Assembly (NCBI GenBank): GCA_050173015.1
Contig: JBFXLE010000005.1
Coordinates: 64,001 to 128,000, forward strand
Reading direction: 5' to 3'
Origin: Calditrichaceae bacterium
GTDB lineage: Bacteria > Calditrichota > Calditrichia > Calditrichales > JBFXGD01
Length of the DNA stretch: 64,000 bases
Both the position numbers and the translations under genes were made by a program. Below, in pieces: positions 38,174-51,696 of this stretch; positions within the stretch are counted from its first letter, which is position 1, and every line of letters begins with the position of its first letter. A model generated the notes under the pieces. The model saw nothing but the letters and a program-made list of their open reading frames with translations, did no database searches and was not told where the DNA came from.

Positions 38174-40162
38174 ATGATATTGAAATATTTCATAGTTTTA
38201 TTGAGCCTTTTTTATTTTGTCGGATGTTCATCAAATAATGATTCTCAGTCAGATGACTGGATTCTCCTGAAGAATCTTGAATTTTCCCGTTCTAATGACA
38301 TAGACGCGTTCACTAATATATATTCAAGTGGAAACGATAAATTAAAGATAGAAACGCTTCGTTCGATGGGGAGAGCAAAGAGCGATGTGTTTATCCCTCA
38401 TTTAAAAAAATGTCTGCTTACCGAGAAAGACCCTGAGCTGTTGAAGAACGCCGTCTTTGCTCTTGGTCAGATCGGAAATTCCGATTCGGAGAACATATTA
38501 ATAAATCTTCCTTTTTCCGGTCTTCCGTTTAGCGTTCAAAAAGCTGTCCTGCTGACATTGGGTAATTTTGGCGGGGAAAATTCTGTTCAATTCTTTCAGC
38601 GATATCTTAATGACCCGGATCTCCGGTCTGAAGCATTGATCGCATCGGCTTTAGCCGCAAAAAGAGGCATCCCTGTTTCCGGCATAGAAGAGAAGATTGA
38701 CAAAAAAACCATGGTTTCCGACCAGCTTTCATATTTTTATTATTACTCAACCACGCAAAGAGATTTGGATATTCTGGTATCATTGCTGCCATCCACGGAT
38801 GCAAATTCAGTTAAATATTTATATAAAAAAATCAATGGCTGGTATTTAAAGGATTCGGAACTAGTAACCGAACATATTCGATCTGACAGTCTTCAATTTT
38901 CTAATTTAAAAGCGTCTCTTGCGAATACTTTCAAGCCCGGCACTCCCTGGCAAACTTTATATTATGCTTTGCAAATTCTTCCAATCGTCGCCGACTCCAC
39001 AGATCTGGATTTAATTGGAAAATATTCGTCTTCTGAAAACATTCATTTGAAAATTGCCGCGCTACAAACACAGGCAAATTTATCAAAAGAAAAAAGCACC
39101 GCTTTTTTGCTAAATATTATTAACGAAACGGATGATCTGTATATAAAATCGGAAATAATAAAAATTATTGCCGGTATCAATAAAAACATGGCCTATCGGT
39201 TTGTTATGCAGAATCTTGATCAGGGTAACGACGCGTTTAAACAATCACTGCTTGAAACGTTATCCATACTTGAAATGCCGATGGCTACTGATCTTCTGCA
39301 TCAGTTTGTAAATGTCGCCTCTCCGGCTCTTGCTGAAAAAGCGTTCAACCTTCTTGCTGATAAACATAGGGCGAATCAGGAGGATTATAACGCGTTACTT
39401 CAATCTGAATCCTTTTCTTCGGTCGCCACGGCAATTGACTGGAAAATTGAAAGGAAACAATCGATTGCCATTGATAAACTTCTTAACTTGTATACCACAT
39501 TTAAGCAGCCAAACGCGTCGGAACTTCAATTGAGTATCATCAAATTGCTCAGTCAAACCCAGGCCGTTCTATCGGACAATGAATTAAAAGTGCTCGCCGA
39601 TAATGCATGTCAGGATAATGTGCTAAAGGCGCTTATGGATTTACCCGGAAGTATCGATAACTATCAGTACCGGGCGGACAGTCTGGCAAATTTAGCTCCC
39701 GCTTACCTCACCGCCGACTCCTTAACGGAATTCAGCGCCAATCCAAGGGTCCGTATTATAACCGGGAAGGGGACGATGGTTCTTGAATTATATTCAAATA
39801 TCGCGCCTTTAACTGTTCATAATTTTTTAACACTTGCAAATAAAAAATTCTATAATAACTTAACATTTCACCGAGTGGTGCCGGATTTCGTTATTCAGGG
39901 TGGTGATCCCATGGGTAACGGATGGGGAGGTCCCGGATATTCGATTCCGTCTGAACATAGTGATCTTCCCTTTATGAGGGGAAGTGTCGGGATCGCCACT
40001 TCAGGATGGGACACCGGTGGATGTCAGTTTTTCATCTGTCAATCGGAACAATTTCACCTCAATGGGAATTACACTCTATTCGGACAGGTTGTTGACGGCA
40101 TGAATATCGTTGATTCAATCGTGCCAGGTGATAAAATTATCAGCATAGATACTGTTCACTAA
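38174..40162 (+). CDS. Lipoprotein with HEAT-like repeats and a C-terminal cyclophilin PPIase domain
   Basis: Lipobox FVGC; AVFALGQIG-type repeats; APLTV.NF, FHRVVPDFVIQGGDP, DTGGCQFFI, YTLFGQV. Confidence 0.88.
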   Translation: MILKYFIVLLSLFYFVGCSSNNDSQSDDWILLKNLEFSRSNDIDAFTNIYSSGNDKLKIETLRSMGRAKSDVFIPHLKKCLLTEKDPELLKNAVFALGQIGNSDSENILINLPFSGLPFSVQKAVLLTLGNFGGENSVQFFQRYLNDPDLRSEALIASALAAKRGIPVSGIEEKIDKKTMVSDQLSYFYYYSTTQRDLDILVSLLPSTDANSVKYLYKKINGWYLKDSELVTEHIRSDSLQFSNLKASLANTFKPGTPWQTLYYALQILPIVADSTDLDLIGKYSSSENIHLKIAALQTQANLSKEKSTAFLLNIINETDDLYIKSEIIKIIAGINKNMAYRFVMQNLDQGNDAFKQSLLETLSILEMPMATDLLHQFVNVASPALAEKAFNLLADKHRANQEDYNALLQSESFSSVATAIDWKIERKQSIAIDKLLNLYTTFKQPNASELQLSIIKLLSQTQAVLSDNELKVLADNACQDNVLKALMDLPGSIDNYQYRADSLANLAPAYLTADSLTEFSANPRVRIITGKGTMVLELYSNIAPLTVHNFLTLANKKFYNNLTFHRVVPDFVIQGGDPMGNGWGGPGYSIPSEHSDLPFMRGSVGIATSGWDTGGCQFFICQSEQFHLNGNYTLFGQVVDGMNIVDSIVPGDKIISIDTVH

Positions 40163-40210
40163 TTTCTTAGATAATAAAATGCAACAAACCACAATCCTAT
40201 TGGAGGCCCA

Positions 40211-40972
40211 ATGAAAACATTGAAATTCTTGTCTATTTTTCTGTTAAGCATGATCATTTTTGCTAATGCGCAGGAAACTCCTCCGCCTTCACTTTTACAA
40301 CAAGGTGATATGGCGTACAAAAATCTTGACAATAAAAAAGCTCTCGATTTTTATCTTAAGGTCTTCCAAAATGACACCACAAATTACGAAGCAGCATGGA
40401 AGTGTTCGCGCGCTTTTGTAGATGTTGGCGAGAAGCTAGAAGGTGATGCGCGTGCCGAGAACTACAAAAAAGGGAAGGAATTTGCCGAAAAAGCGATTGC
40501 CTTAAATCCTGAGGGGAGTAACGGGCATTTATTTTATAGTGTTGCCACCGGTCGTGTCGCTCTTGACGCCGGGGCAAAGGAAAGAATAAGGCTTTCTAAA
40601 GAAATTAAACAGCATGTTGATCTTGCGATCAAATATGACCCTCAAAATGATATTGCCTATCATGTTCTTGGCCGTTGGAATCGTAAACTTTCAAATTTAA
40701 GCTGGGTTGAAAAGAAATTCGCCAATCTCTTTTTGGGTGGTGTTCCAAAAGAAGCATCCTACGAAAACGCTGTTTTTAATTTTAAAAAAGCGATTGAACT
40801 TCATCCGGAACATATAAATCATCATCTGGAATTGGGCATTACGTATAAAGAGATGGATAATAAGGAGTTGGCGAAAAAAGAATTCGAAACCTGCCTGTCG
40901 CTTGCCAACAGCGACGCAGATGATCCGGAATATAAAGCTCAGGCTAAAAAATACCTGGATGACTTAAAATAG
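40211..40972 (+). CDS. Secreted TPR-repeat protein
   Basis: Signal peptide (ANA-Q); TPR-like AEKAIALNP, AIKYDPQN, AIELHPE. Confidence 0.75.
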   Translation: MKTLKFLSIFLLSMIIFANAQETPPPSLLQQGDMAYKNLDNKKALDFYLKVFQNDTTNYEAAWKCSRAFVDVGEKLEGDARAENYKKGKEFAEKAIALNPEGSNGHLFYSVATGRVALDAGAKERIRLSKEIKQHVDLAIKYDPQNDIAYHVLGRWNRKLSNLSWVEKKFANLFLGGVPKEASYENAVFNFKKAIELHPEHINHHLELGITYKEMDNKELAKKEFETCLSLANSDADDPEYKAQAKKYLDDLK

Positions 40973-40979
40973 TTTTTAT

Positions 40980-41003
40980 GGCGGTCAGTTGACCGCCTTT
41001 TTT
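40980..41003 (+). terminator. Intrinsic terminator
   Basis: GGCGGTC-AGTT-GACCGCC-TTTTTT. Confidence 0.85.
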
Positions 41004-41051
41004 ATTTTATTTTCTCATAATAAATTTAATCGTTGACCAACTTTTTATTTT

Positions 41052-42278
41052 GTGTTCCATTTTTCTATTCGGAGACATGAAGATTTGATTAAATCCGTTT
41101 ATCGTACCAAAGGCAATTTTAAGGGATTGCTCTTTATAATTGGGATTGCTTTAATCATTTCCGCGTTTTGGTATACACAGAGAATGGTTCAGGTTTTAAA
41201 AGATAATTCTACTGAGTATATGCGATTCAGAATCAAGGTTTTTGAGGAAAATATTAACAACCCTGATGTTAATATGGATCTTAGCTTTTTCTTCAATGAA
41301 GTAATCCGTGGCGCAGACTATCCGATTATATATACAGATACCGATAAAATCCCCCAAAGCTGGGTAAACATTTCCCCCGAACTCGATTATGCGACAAATA
41401 TCAGCCGGCAAGACAGCCTCTTTCTTTTTTCAGAACTTGAAAAGATGGTCAATGAAAATGACCCTTTGCCCATTAAATATGAAGGAGAGACTCTGGGATA
41501 TTATTACTACGGTCTTTCTCCGGTAATTCATCAGTTAAGATTATTACCCTATATGGCCGTTGGCAGTGTTTTTATATTTATAATGTTGGGCTACCTGGGA
41601 TTTTCACATATTAAGAAAAGTGAGCAACAATTTATTTGGGTAGGTATGGCAAAAGAAACGGCTCACCAATTAGGTACGCCGCTCAGTTCTCTGCTTGGAT
41701 GGATTGAGCTTATAAAATCTGACTCCGGTTTATTGCCAACCGCGCTTCAGGAAATGCAGAATGACCTCACACGTCTTAATAAAATAGCCAATCGTTTTTC
41801 AAAAATTGGTTCAATGCCCAAATTAAAACCGGTACCATTGAATGATGTGATTGACAATATCTCTTCTTATTTCGGGAAGAGATTACCCAATATGCAGAGG
41901 ACCGTTTCGATTAATTCGCATTTTGATGGTAATCCAACCGTTCAGCTGAATACTGAGCTTTTTGAATGGGTACTTGAAAATTTAATTAAAAACGCCCTCG
42001 ATGCCATAGAAGGGAATAATGGCATAATCTCTATTTCTACTCAGATAAATTCAAAAAAGAAGTCCGTCTGCATCGAGATGTCAGACAATGGTAAAGGTAT
42101 TCCATTAAAAGATCAAAAAAATATATTTAAACCCGGGTATAGTACGAAACAAAGAGGTTGGGGACTGGGTTTAAGTTTAGCAAGAAGAATTATCGAGGAA
42201 TATCACGGCGGAAAATTGACCCTAAAAGAAAGCCGGCCGGAACACGGAACAACCTTTCAAATTTTTTTAAAGGTATAA
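41052..42278 (+). CDS. Membrane sensor histidine kinase (no adjacent response regulator)
   Basis: Two TMs, H-box ETAHQLGTP, ENLIKNALDA, DNGKG, GWGLGL; true start may be a few codons downstream. Confidence 0.92.
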   Translation: MFHFSIRRHEDLIKSVYRTKGNFKGLLFIIGIALIISAFWYTQRMVQVLKDNSTEYMRFRIKVFEENINNPDVNMDLSFFFNEVIRGADYPIIYTDTDKIPQSWVNISPELDYATNISRQDSLFLFSELEKMVNENDPLPIKYEGETLGYYYYGLSPVIHQLRLLPYMAVGSVFIFIMLGYLGFSHIKKSEQQFIWVGMAKETAHQLGTPLSSLLGWIELIKSDSGLLPTALQEMQNDLTRLNKIANRFSKIGSMPKLKPVPLNDVIDNISSYFGKRLPNMQRTVSINSHFDGNPTVQLNTELFEWVLENLIKNALDAIEGNNGIISISTQINSKKKSVCIEMSDNGKGIPLKDQKNIFKPGYSTKQRGWGLGLSLARRIIEEYHGGKLTLKESRPEHGTTFQIFLKV

Positions 42279-42368
42279 ACATCAAATTTTAATAACCTTG
42301 ATTTATGATGATAATTTTTTTAAAATTAACATGTTTAAAAGCAACTTATACTAGATAAGGAGTTTTTT

Positions 42369-42953
42369 TTGATTACTGAGCGCCAGCGTGAATTTTCTGA
42401 ACTTATCGATCCGCACTTACAGTCTTTATACAGCACTGCCTTAAGAATGACCCACAATCAGAATGATGCTGAAGATTTGGTACAGGACACTCTGTACAAA
42501 GCATTCAGAGCACTCGATCAATATCAGAAAAATACCAATTTTAGAGCATGGGTCTTCAGGATTTTGGTAAATACATTTATAACCGCGTACAGAAAAGCGA
42601 TAAAACAGCCACAAAAAGTAAGCTATGATGATCTTGAAGAATTTTTTCTGTATAAAAGACTTGATGAATCGATTAGTCTTCAGGAAACATCAAAGGAAGA
42701 ATTTCTTGAGAATTTCTTTGAAGACGATGTAAAAGAGGCGCTTGAAAATTTGCCCTATCAGTTCAGATTGGTGGTTTTGCTTTGTGATGTGGAAGGCTTT
42801 TCATATAATGAGATCGCCAATATCATAGACGCGCCGCTTGGGACAGTGATGTCCAGACTTTACAGGGGCAGAAAATTATTACAAAGATATTTATGGAATT
42901 ATGCAAAAACAAGAGGTTATATAAGTGACGACACAGACAAAAAAGATAGATAA
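42369..42953 (+). CDS. ECF sigma factor (SigR/SigH-like)
   Basis: DAEDLVQDT, TNFRAW, EGFSYNEIA, GTVMSRLYRGR. Confidence 0.92.
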   Translation: MITERQREFSELIDPHLQSLYSTALRMTHNQNDAEDLVQDTLYKAFRALDQYQKNTNFRAWVFRILVNTFITAYRKAIKQPQKVSYDDLEEFFLYKRLDESISLQETSKEEFLENFFEDDVKEALENLPYQFRLVVLLCDVEGFSYNEIANIIDAPLGTVMSRLYRGRKLLQRYLWNYAKTRGYISDDTDKKDR

Positions 42954-43182
42954 GTACAATTGCGCGGATATTGAAAAACATGTCCATGCTTATATTGACG
43001 GTGTTTTGAACGCGGAAGAAACCAGATTATTTAATGAACATCTTGACTATTGTCTTCCCTGTGATAAAAAAATTGAATTTGAAAAACGGCTTAAAGAAGT
43101 TGTCCGTTTAAAATCAAAAGACAATACACCTGTTGACCGTTTAAAATTAAGAATCGATAAAATGCTTACCGATCTCCTTTAA
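42925..43182 (+). CDS. Soluble zinc-binding anti-sigma factor (ZAS, RsrA/RshA-like)
   Basis: C...AYIDG.L...HLDYCLPC (Hx3Cx2C), no TM helix; overlaps the sigma gene. Confidence 0.88.
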   Translation: MTTQTKKIDKYNCADIEKHVHAYIDGVLNAEETRLFNEHLDYCLPCDKKIEFEKRLKEVVRLKSKDNTPVDRLKLRIDKMLTDLL

Positions 43183-43987
43183 CATCATTTAATAGCTGCA
43201 GTGGTTGATTAAAAAGGTAATTTTTTATTTTAATGATTTCGGTGAATTTCTCGCCGGTATTCTTTTGGGCTTCTATTGAAATTTCTATCGGCACAAAAAT
43301 ATCCTGAACTACCCTGTTTTTTAAGAGAACCAAATAACCATTTCTTATCTGATCCTGATTGCTTACCTGAACCTCCCACCCCTCGCATATCCATTTTGTC
43401 TTGACTGTCCGAAATTTAGGATAGGTCGTCACTTTGTTATTATCCCTATGGTAAAAGGATTCAATTTTTAAACAAAGTCCGTTTAATCCGAAGGTATATC
43501 GGTAATCAATCGGGTTTCCATCCAGGTTCATCGAATATGAAACCTGAATTGTCTGATTATTTTGAACCAATTGATAATCATTACTTATGCTTGTGTATAT
43601 GCCATTGATATAAAATCGCTGTAAATCTAACAATATGGTTCTGAACTGCTGTTTTAATGCTTCGACGGACCGTCGGTAATTAGTTTGATTTTCGTCCGGG
43701 ATGGGCGGGACGCCTTGTTCAGAAAGATATATGCTGTTTGGTTTTACCCATATCATTTGCAGAGGAAAAATTTCCGAATTTTTCCAGTTCTTTTCGGCGA
43801 AATTTTCTATTTTTGCACTCGTTACCAGAGAAACAACATTATTTAGGTTCGTCTCCTCGAGTGTATAGTATGAAGTTTTTAAATTTTCGAAAAACTCTTG
43901 TTCATCAAATATTATATCCTGACAAAAAACCGGAGTTAACCAGATTATTAATAAGAGACCTATTTTTTTAAGACCGGCTTTTTGCAT
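43166..43987 (-). CDS. Secreted hypothetical protein (beta-rich)
   Basis: 273-aa ORF with signal peptide and GAGG RBS; no recognised family motif. Confidence 0.6.
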   Translation of the reverse strand: MQKAGLKKIGLLLIIWLTPVFCQDIIFDEQEFFENLKTSYYTLEETNLNNVVSLVTSAKIENFAEKNWKNSEIFPLQMIWVKPNSIYLSEQGVPPIPDENQTNYRRSVEALKQQFRTILLDLQRFYINGIYTSISNDYQLVQNNQTIQVSYSMNLDGNPIDYRYTFGLNGLCLKIESFYHRDNNKVTTYPKFRTVKTKWICEGWEVQVSNQDQIRNGYLVLLKNRVVQDIFVPIEISIEAQKNTGEKFTEIIKIKNYLFNQPLQLLNDVKGDR

Positions 43988-44144
43988 TGAAAATTTTCCT
44001 CATCAGTTTTATTTTTTATACATAAATTTAATTAGATATAATAATTATAACAATATAAAATTGGATATACAGGTTATTGCTTTTTCTTGCAATCGAAATG
44101 TTAATTTATTAGCTTTTACGCTCACAAAAAATATAATGGAATGA

Positions 44145-45182
44145 ATGATTATACAAGCAATTAATTTCAAAAACAATAATCTCGATATCATTGATCAAAC
44201 ATTGCTGCCGAATGAATATAAAATCATTCGTCTCAACAATTTAAACGAATCAATTGAAGCGATTAAACGACTCCGTGTAAGAGGGGCGCCGGCAATTGGA
44301 ATAGTGGCGGCCTACTCGCTATATCTTCACGCGCTCCGATTGGCTGACACCAGCAGCTTAAATGATGATACTTTTATTTCGGCCGCCGATTCTCTGAAAG
44401 ATAGCAGACCGACCGCCGTCAATCTTGAATGGGCGATTGAGAAGTTAACCAAAACATATTTCTCTTTTAATAAGAATGACCATTCGATGCTTCTCAATGA
44501 ACTACAGAATACAGCAATCGATATTCATAAAAAGGACATCATCACCTGTGATCGGATAGGGAAGTATGGCTCTGAAGTTATACGCGATGGATTTAATATA
44601 CTTACTCACTGCAATGCAGGAATTCTTGCGACCGGCGGCAGCGGTACCGCTTTATCACCGATTTACACAGCAAAAAAATCCGGAAAAAATATACATGTAT
44701 TTGTGGATGAAACACGTCCGCTTGGACAGGGCGCGCGACTTACTTATTGGGAACTTAAAAAAAACAATATCCCTGCCACTTTGATCACCGATGGAATGGC
44801 CGCGAGTCTTATGCAAGAGCAAAAAATTGATCTGGTTATTGTCGGCGCGGATCGCATATCATCCAATGGAGATTTCGCCAACAAAATCGGAACATATTCA
44901 TTGGCGGTTCTTGCAGAGTATCATGATGTGCCGTTTTATACAGCCGCGCCCTCATCATCTTTTGATTTATCGATTGGCGACGGATCAGAAATTCCCATTG
45001 AATATCGGGATAAATCTGAAGTTTTAAATTTTTGGAATATATCGGATTATGAAGGTTATGATGTCCATAATCCCGCTTTTGATGTAACCCCGAACAAATT
45101 ACTTACGGGCATCATCACAGAGCATGGCATCATCGAACCACCATTTTTAAAAAACATCAACTCTATTATTAACACCAATTAA
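44145..45182 (+). CDS. mtnA: S-methyl-5-thioribose-1-phosphate isomerase
   Basis: DQTLLP, VRGAPAIG, RPTAVNL, LTHCNAG, DETRP..QGARLT, GADRI, NPAFDVTP. Confidence 0.96.
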   Translation: MIIQAINFKNNNLDIIDQTLLPNEYKIIRLNNLNESIEAIKRLRVRGAPAIGIVAAYSLYLHALRLADTSSLNDDTFISAADSLKDSRPTAVNLEWAIEKLTKTYFSFNKNDHSMLLNELQNTAIDIHKKDIITCDRIGKYGSEVIRDGFNILTHCNAGILATGGSGTALSPIYTAKKSGKNIHVFVDETRPLGQGARLTYWELKKNNIPATLITDGMAASLMQEQKIDLVIVGADRISSNGDFANKIGTYSLAVLAEYHDVPFYTAAPSSSFDLSIGDGSEIPIEYRDKSEVLNFWNISDYEGYDVHNPAFDVTPNKLLTGIITEHGIIEPPFLKNINSIINTN

Positions 45183-45192
45183 GGAGATCATT

Positions 45193-46275
45193 ATGAAAAA
45201 AACAATCCTGATGATATTTTCATCATTGTTGATTTTATCAGTGCTTAGTTCATGCCGTCCACCGGAACTTGAGGGAGCGTTCGTTGATTACAAAGCCGGA
45301 CGTTTTGAAAGCGCACTCGTTCTTGCAAAAGAGGCCACCGAAAAATATCCCAGCAATCCTGAAGCATGGTATCTTTTAGGTGAATTATACGGAAAACAGG
45401 GCGACATCAAAGAAATGGTGGGCGCTTTCGAAAATTCTCTTAAAATAGGACCGCAGTTTAAACCCCAGATTACTGAATCCAGAAATTATTACTATTCAAC
45501 TGAGTTTAATAAAGGCGTCGGCAATTATAATAACTTCACGAAACTGGAAGACAAAAAATCTGATTCCGCGGTTAAATTGTTAAACGCGGCGCTTGTCAAT
45601 TTTAATAATGTTACTTTTCTTAAAAATGATTTCCGGGTGAACGAACTTATCGCTCTTTGTTATACCTTGCTGGATGACAAGGAAAATGCCCTCAATTCAT
45701 ACAAATCACTTACCGTTAATTTCCCGGACTCCGTTGCTTCATGGGTAGAACTTGGTACCTACTTTTTTAATGGCAAACAGTATGACGATGCCATTACCAA
45801 TTACAAGAAAGCGATTGAGCTGGATGCTAATAATGCCGAAGCGATAACCTATCTTGCCCAAAGTTATGATTTTTTAAATCGTCGTGACGAAGCCGTTGAG
45901 GCTTACAACAAAGCCATGCAGATTAATCCGCAGGAAAAAGCATTTCCTTTTAATGCCGGACTATTGTTTATAAAAGCCGGAAATGAGGAAGGAATCGATG
46001 AAAACCTGCAGAAAGAATATCTTGCAAAGTCCATTGATTATTTTGCAAAGGCTCTTGAGATTGACGCTAATCTGAAAGAAGCCTATCAATTAAAAAGCAC
46101 ATCCGAGCTTCGAATCGGAAAATTCACTGAGGCTAAAAGCACGTTACTGGCGGGATTGGATATTTATCCCGAAGATGGTTCAATGTGGTATAACCTTGGC
46201 GTTAGCTATGCACGCCTTAATGAAAAGACAAAATCTGAAGAAGCTTTCAAGAAAGCCACCGAGTTAGGAAACTGA
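45193..46275 (+). CDS. TPR-repeat lipoprotein
   Basis: Lipobox LSSC; multiple TPR repeats. Confidence 0.85.
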   Translation: MKKTILMIFSSLLILSVLSSCRPPELEGAFVDYKAGRFESALVLAKEATEKYPSNPEAWYLLGELYGKQGDIKEMVGAFENSLKIGPQFKPQITESRNYYYSTEFNKGVGNYNNFTKLEDKKSDSAVKLLNAALVNFNNVTFLKNDFRVNELIALCYTLLDDKENALNSYKSLTVNFPDSVASWVELGTYFFNGKQYDDAITNYKKAIELDANNAEAITYLAQSYDFLNRRDEAVEAYNKAMQINPQEKAFPFNAGLLFIKAGNEEGIDENLQKEYLAKSIDYFAKALEIDANLKEAYQLKSTSELRIGKFTEAKSTLLAGLDIYPEDGSMWYNLGVSYARLNEKTKSEEAFKKATELGN

Positions 46276-46279
46276 TATT

Positions 46280-46320
46280 AAAAAAATGGCTGCCCTTATT
46301 AAAGCGACAGCCATTTTTTT
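46280..46320. terminator. Bidirectional terminator between the TPR gene and rex
   Basis: AAAAAAATGGCTG...CAGCCATTTTTTT. Confidence 0.85.
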
Positions 46321-46949
46321 TATTTTTTTAGATCGTTTGTAATGTAATAAGACAGAGCTTCCAGCTCGATTGACATATTTTCATTTTTTACCAGAACATC
46401 CGGTGGCGTTTTTATGCTTATAGGCGCAAAATTTAATATGGCTTTGACACCGCAGTTTACAAAAAAGTCTGTGACCCCCTGAGCAACTTTTGCCGGCACC
46501 GCGATAATGGCAATTTCAATATTTTTATCTTTGACCACATGGCAAACATCATTGATATTGTTTATAACCAAGCCATTTACTTCATCCCCAATCTTTTCCG
46601 GATCGCTGTCAAACAATGCCTTAACCTGAAAGCCCTGTTTTTTAAATTCCTGATAATCAATTAACGCGCGTCCAATATTCCCAATTCCAACCAGAGCAAT
46701 ATTCCAGGTTTTTTTAAGACCAAGAATCTTTCCGATTTCTTCTCTCAGGTCTTTTGTGTTATATCCTAGCCCTCGTTTCCCAAAAGTTCCGAAAAAGGAG
46801 AGATCCTTACGGACCTGAGCCGAAGTGACACCATCAATTTCCGCGATTTCATCCGAAGACACCGTTTCAATCTTTTGTTCGATAAGCAGACTTAATGTTC
46901 TGTAATACCGGGATAAACGGCTGATAGTTGAATCTGATATTTTTTTCAT
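46320..46949 (-). CDS. rex: Redox-sensing transcriptional repressor Rex
   Basis: RLSRYYR, QVRKDLSFFG.FGKRG.GY, GIGNIG, ILNFAP; ATG 46949 after GGAGG. Confidence 0.96.
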   Translation of the reverse strand: MKKISDSTISRLSRYYRTLSLLIEQKIETVSSDEIAEIDGVTSAQVRKDLSFFGTFGKRGLGYNTKDLREEIGKILGLKKTWNIALVGIGNIGRALIDYQEFKKQGFQVKALFDSDPEKIGDEVNGLVINNINDVCHVVKDKNIEIAIIAVPAKVAQGVTDFFVNCGVKAILNFAPISIKTPPDVLVKNENMSIELEALSYYITNDLKK

Positions 46950-47008
46950 CTTTCCTCCGTATAGGATTTGATTCAATATATCGTTACCAGCAATCCGCTG
47001 AAAATAGT

Positions 47009-49471
47009 TTACTCCTCAGGAGTTTCCCCGTTTTCTTCATCTTCTGTCGGAAATACTTTGGTTATATCACTTACTTTGTCATTTTCATCCAACCGGATCA
47101 ATCTTACACCCTGCGTGTTTCTGCCTATTACATTTATATCATCGATACTTTGACGTATGACAACTCCGTTTTCCGTAATTATCATTAAGTCTTCTGATTC
47201 ACTGATATCTATCGCATCAATCAGTTTTCCTGTTTTGGCGGTAACACGCATGGCGATAATTCCGCTTCCGCCGCGGCTCTGAAGCCTGAAATTGCCAACG
47301 GCAGTTCTTTTTCCATAACCGTTTTCAGAAATCGTTAATAGTTCATTTTCATCTTTTACGACAGCCATCGATATGACATGATCATCATTTTTAAGTCTGA
47401 TACCACGTACACCCGTTGCGTTTCTGCCCATTGAGCGGATCCCGTTTTCCGAAAAGCGGATAGATTTTCCATTTTTTGTAACCAGGATGATGTCACTTTC
47501 ACCATCGGATAGTGAAGCGCCGACCAGTCGGTCTTCCTCTTTAATATTAATCGCGATAATCCCGCCTTTTCTTGGACGACTGAACGCGGAAAGATCAGTT
47601 TTTTTAATTACTCCCTTTTCAGATGAAAATACAATATAACCCGGTTGATCAAAATTCCGGATCGACATAAACGCCTGTATTTTTTCACCACTTTCAATAT
47701 TTATTAAGTTTATGATCGGTCTGCCCTTTGATATTCTCCCGGCAGGCGGAATCGTATACACTTTCAACCAATGGCAGCGTCCTTTGTCCGTAAAAAAGAG
47801 AATGTAATCATGTGTTCCGGCAACAAAGAGATGTTCAATATAATCCTCATCTTTCGTTTTGGCCGCGGTGGTTCCTCTTCCTCCTCTGTTCTGGGTCCGG
47901 TAGGCATTCACCGGAATTCTTTTGATCGCGCCGGAATGAGATATGGTAATTACCATATCTTCTTCGGTGATCATATCTTCTATATCAACTTCTTCATAAT
48001 TAAAAACGATTTCAGTTCTTCGCATATCCGAATACTTGGATACGACGCCGTCCAATTCCTCTTTTATCAATTCCTTCTGCATCTGAGGGCTATTGAGAAT
48101 TGCTTTAAAATGTTCGATTTGTTTTAACAGTTCACGGTATTCTTCTTCAATTTTTTCTCTTTCGAGACCTGTAAGTCTCTGCAGTCTCATTTCCAGAATG
48201 GCTTTTGCCTGAATCTCTGTCAATCCAAACCGGTCAATAAGCCTTATTTTTGCTTCCTCCGGATTTGGTGATGTTTTAATAAGCTCAATGATCTCATCAA
48301 TATTATCAATGGCAATTCTCAGACCTTCGAGAATATGCGCTCTTTTTTCAGCTTCTTCAAGATCATATCTTGTGCGACGTATAATTACTTCTACTCTGTG
48401 ATCAATAAAATATTGAATCATTTCTTTTAGATTTAGGACCCGCGGACGTCCCTTAACCAAAGCAAGCATTATAATTCCGAATGTCGTCTGCATCTGGCTG
48501 TGTTTATATAGTAAATTAAGAATGGCATTAGGATCAATATCTTTTTTTAATTCTATAACGATCCTCATTCCATCCCGGTCAGATTCATCCCGAAGATCTG
48601 AAATGCCTTCGATTCGCTTATCCTTTACAAGTTCAACAATTTTATTGATCAGGTTTAATTTATTCACCTGATAGGGAATTTCCTTGACTAAAATGGTTGA
48701 TTTGCCGTTCGGGTGCGTTTCAATTTCGGTTCTGGCCCTGACAATTACTTTTCCTCTGCCGCTATTGTAAGCTTTTATTATTTCAGCTCCGCCATATATA
48801 AATCCACCTGTCGGAAAGTCCGGTCCCTTAATATGCTGCATCAAGTCGCTGATAGATATATCCGGATTGTCGATCACCGCTTTTGTCGCGTCCACAACTT
48901 CATTAAGATTGTGCGGTGGTATATTTGTGGCCATGCCGACGGCGATACCTGATGAGCCGTTTATCAGCAAATTTGGTAATTTTGCCGGAAGCACCACCGG
49001 TTCATCAAGCGTGTCGTCAAAATTTCTTGTATAATCGACCGTGTTCTTATTGATGTCCGTTAAAAGTTCTTCAGCTATTTCTCTCATTCTGACTTCAGTG
49101 TATCTCATCGCCGCCGCTGAATCACCATCAACCGAGCCAAAGTTTCCCTGGCCGTCAATTAATGGATAACGGAGTGAAAAATCCTGAACCATACGTACAA
49201 TAGTATCGTAAACCGCTGAATCACCATGAGGGTGATACTTACCTAATACCTCACCGACAACTCTGGCGCTTTTTTTATGTGCTCTATTGTGTAGATTGCC
49301 GAGTTCACGCATGCCATAAAGTACTCTGCGGTGCACAGGCTTAAGACCGTCACGCACGTCAGGTAAAGCTCTCGAAACAATTACGGACATGGAGTAGTCC
49401 AGATAGGACTCCTTCATCTCATCTTCTATTAGTTTTGGAAGTATTTTTTCATTTTCAGCCATATGACTCAT
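47009..49471 (-). CDS. gyrA: DNA gyrase subunit A
   Basis: YHPHGD, AAMRYTE, GyrA box QNRGGRG. Confidence 0.98.
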   Translation of the reverse strand: MSHMAENEKILPKLIEDEMKESYLDYSMSVIVSRALPDVRDGLKPVHRRVLYGMRELGNLHNRAHKKSARVVGEVLGKYHPHGDSAVYDTIVRMVQDFSLRYPLIDGQGNFGSVDGDSAAAMRYTEVRMREIAEELLTDINKNTVDYTRNFDDTLDEPVVLPAKLPNLLINGSSGIAVGMATNIPPHNLNEVVDATKAVIDNPDISISDLMQHIKGPDFPTGGFIYGGAEIIKAYNSGRGKVIVRARTEIETHPNGKSTILVKEIPYQVNKLNLINKIVELVKDKRIEGISDLRDESDRDGMRIVIELKKDIDPNAILNLLYKHSQMQTTFGIIMLALVKGRPRVLNLKEMIQYFIDHRVEVIIRRTRYDLEEAEKRAHILEGLRIAIDNIDEIIELIKTSPNPEEAKIRLIDRFGLTEIQAKAILEMRLQRLTGLEREKIEEEYRELLKQIEHFKAILNSPQMQKELIKEELDGVVSKYSDMRRTEIVFNYEEVDIEDMITEEDMVITISHSGAIKRIPVNAYRTQNRGGRGTTAAKTKDEDYIEHLFVAGTHDYILFFTDKGRCHWLKVYTIPPAGRISKGRPIINLINIESGEKIQAFMSIRNFDQPGYIVFSSEKGVIKKTDLSAFSRPRKGGIIAINIKEEDRLVGASLSDGESDIILVTKNGKSIRFSENGIRSMGRNATGVRGIRLKNDDHVISMAVVKDENELLTISENGYGKRTAVGNFRLQSRGGSGIIAMRVTAKTGKLIDAIDISESEDLMIITENGVVIRQSIDDINVIGRNTQGVRLIRLDENDKVSDITKVFPTEDEENGETPEE

Positions 49472-49483
49472 TATCCTTGAAAA

Positions 49484-51685
<2,202 letters not shown>

Positions 51686-51696
<11 letters not shown>

